This document shows positions 33,026 through 34,231 of a stretch of 34,231 bases of DNA, in pieces. The notes under the pieces are model-generated. The model worked only from the letters and a program-made list of their open reading frames with translations, did no database searches and had not been told where the DNA came from. This DNA is from a virus. Lineage: Duplodnaviria; Caudoviricetes. Positions within the stretch are counted from its first letter, which is position 1. Every line of letters begins with the position of its first letter. The position numbers were made by a program, and so were the translations under genes. The stretch is taken from positions 1-34,231 of IMG/VR virus record IMGVR_UViG_3300047272_000137; one strand, 5' to 3'.

Positions 33026-33508
33026 ATGAGCAACAACTACTGGGATGACGAAGACGACGACCTCGATACAGAAACAGATACACCAATGGACGGAAGTGAC
33101 CTCTTAAAGAAGTTACGCAAAGCCAAGCGTGCAGATGAAAAACGTATTAAGGAACTTACAGAGCAACTTGAGACACTATCCAAGGGGCAGCGTGAGCGAA
33201 TCGTTAAAGAAACCCTAGAAAAGAAAGGTGTTAATCCTAAGGCAGTACGACTTGTCCTAAAGGACTTGGATGAAGTTAACGAGGAGACAGTGAATAACTG
33301 GCTCGATGATAACGCAGACTTGTTTGGACTAGAGGTACGTCAGGATGCGCCAGAAGTAAATAGCCAGAACCGTGCGGCACTACGCCAGCAGGATTTGGTT
33401 ACTCAAGGTGCAATAACACCTGATAGAGCCGAAGATATGGGTATGCGTATCGATAATGCAGAATCTGCAGAAGATATCATTAACCTCATCTATGGCTCAC
33501 AAAATTAA
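33026..33508 (+). CDS. Capsid scaffolding protein
   Basis: Acidic N-terminus and coiled coil; immediately upstream of the major capsid gene. Confidence 0.7.
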   Translation: MSNNYWDDEDDDLDTETDTPMDGSDLLKKLRKAKRADEKRIKELTEQLETLSKGQRERIVKETLEKKGVNPKAVRLVLKDLDEVNEETVNNWLDDNADLFGLEVRQDAPEVNSQNRAALRQQDLVTQGAITPDRAEDMGMRIDNAESAEDIINLIYGSQN

Positions 33509-33543
33509 TCATAGTTTCTAACTACAAAAAGGAAATAACCTAA

Positions 33544-34231
33544 ATGGCTAACGCATACGTATCCACAGCCTCCGATTCACTCGGAGGAACCGCTGGTGGT
33601 GCTGGTTTAGTACAGAAGGCTTATGACCGACTTCTCGAGTTCGCGCTCCGTTCAGAGCCACTCATTCGTTCAGTCGCAGATAAGCGTCCTGCTAAGCAGT
33701 CCATCCCAGGTTCAACAGTAGTCCTACAGCGCTACGTTGACCTCACAGCAGCAACAACTGCTCTCACAGAAGCAACTGACCCAGATGCAGTAGCGCTCTC
33801 AACACCAACATCAGTTACAATTACTCTTAACGAGTACGGTAACTCAGTATTGGTAACACGTGCGCTTGAACTCTTCTCACTTGCAGATGTAGACCCAGCA
33901 ATTGCTAACATCATTGCATTCAACCTTGCAGACTCAATCGATGCTGTTGCTATGGCAACACTTCGTGGTGGCTCAAACGTCATCTACGCAGGTTCAACTG
34001 CAACATCAACAGCAACAATTACTGCTGCTGCAACACTCTCTTCTGCTAACGTCCGCAAGGCTGTTGCGAAGTTGCGTGCTAACAAGGCTGTTGCTCGCAA
34101 GGGCTCACTCTACTGGGCTGGTATCCACCCAGAAGTTTCACACGACCTCCGCGCTGAGACAGGTTCAGCAGGATGGCTCCTTCCAAACCAGTACGGTTCA
34201 TCACAGGACCGCATCTGGGCGGGAGAAATCG
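33544..34231 (+). CDS. Major capsid protein, N4-gp56-like (partial, runs off the window)
   Basis: Open frame MANAYVSTASDSLGGTAGGAGLVQKAYDRLLEFALRSEPLIRSVADKRP...LNEYGN...IHPEVSHDLR; AAAGGA RBS; biased codon usage. Confidence 0.85.
   Translation, partial: MANAYVSTASDSLGGTAGGAGLVQKAYDRLLEFALRSEPLIRSVADKRPAKQSIPGSTVVLQRYVDLTAATTALTEATDPDAVALSTPTSVTITLNEYGNSVLVTRALELFSLADVDPAIANIIAFNLADSIDAVAMATLRGGSNVIYAGSTATSTATITAAATLSSANVRKAVAKLRANKAVARKGSLYWAGIHPEVSHDLRAETGSAGWLLPNQYGSSQDRIWAGEI

Noticed and set aside
714-33983. Many alternative-frame and antisense ORFs in the supplied track (e.g. 3451..3819, 12457..12837, 25882..26271, 33732..33983)
   Set aside because: They lie wholly within well-supported genes, lack RBS or motifs, and reflect codon bias of the real frame.
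1-34231. Integrase, repressor or prophage attachment site
   Set aside because: No recombinase motifs or host-like flanking genes recognised in the window.

Overview
About 34 kb of a tailed dsDNA phage genome, most likely infecting an actinobacterium (WhiB, SigA-type promoters, split primase and split Cas4-like nuclease, N4-gp56-like capsid protein). It is probably podovirus-like because no tape-measure gene is seen. Order: tail-fibre/Gly-rich receptor-binding genes and a tail protein (1-6.4 kb); lysis cassette (6.4-7.3 kb); a divergent promoter pair with an AT-rich hairpin locus (~8.0-8.2 kb); a rightward replication/recombination module with no DNA polymerase (8.2-13.9 kb); a leftward early/accessory arm (13.9-19.7 kb) carrying WhiB, a transglycosylase, a class II glutamine amidotransferase plus a Cys-rich amidoligase and many small ORFs; a non-coding control region with a degenerate tRNA-Arg (19.7-20.6 kb); and the late head module (terminase, portal, proteasome-beta/HslV-like protease, large internal virion proteins, scaffold, major capsid protein truncated by the window end). 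The strongest unexplained signal is regulatory and confined to the early arm: nine copies of a 16-bp palindrome GTTCGG-N4-CCGAAC, five of them 15-28 nt upstream of start codons, plus a second strand-polarised motif TCCGACACAAAC and an anticodon-less tRNA-like fold in a 5' leader. All protein calls come from motif recognition by eye, not from database searches.
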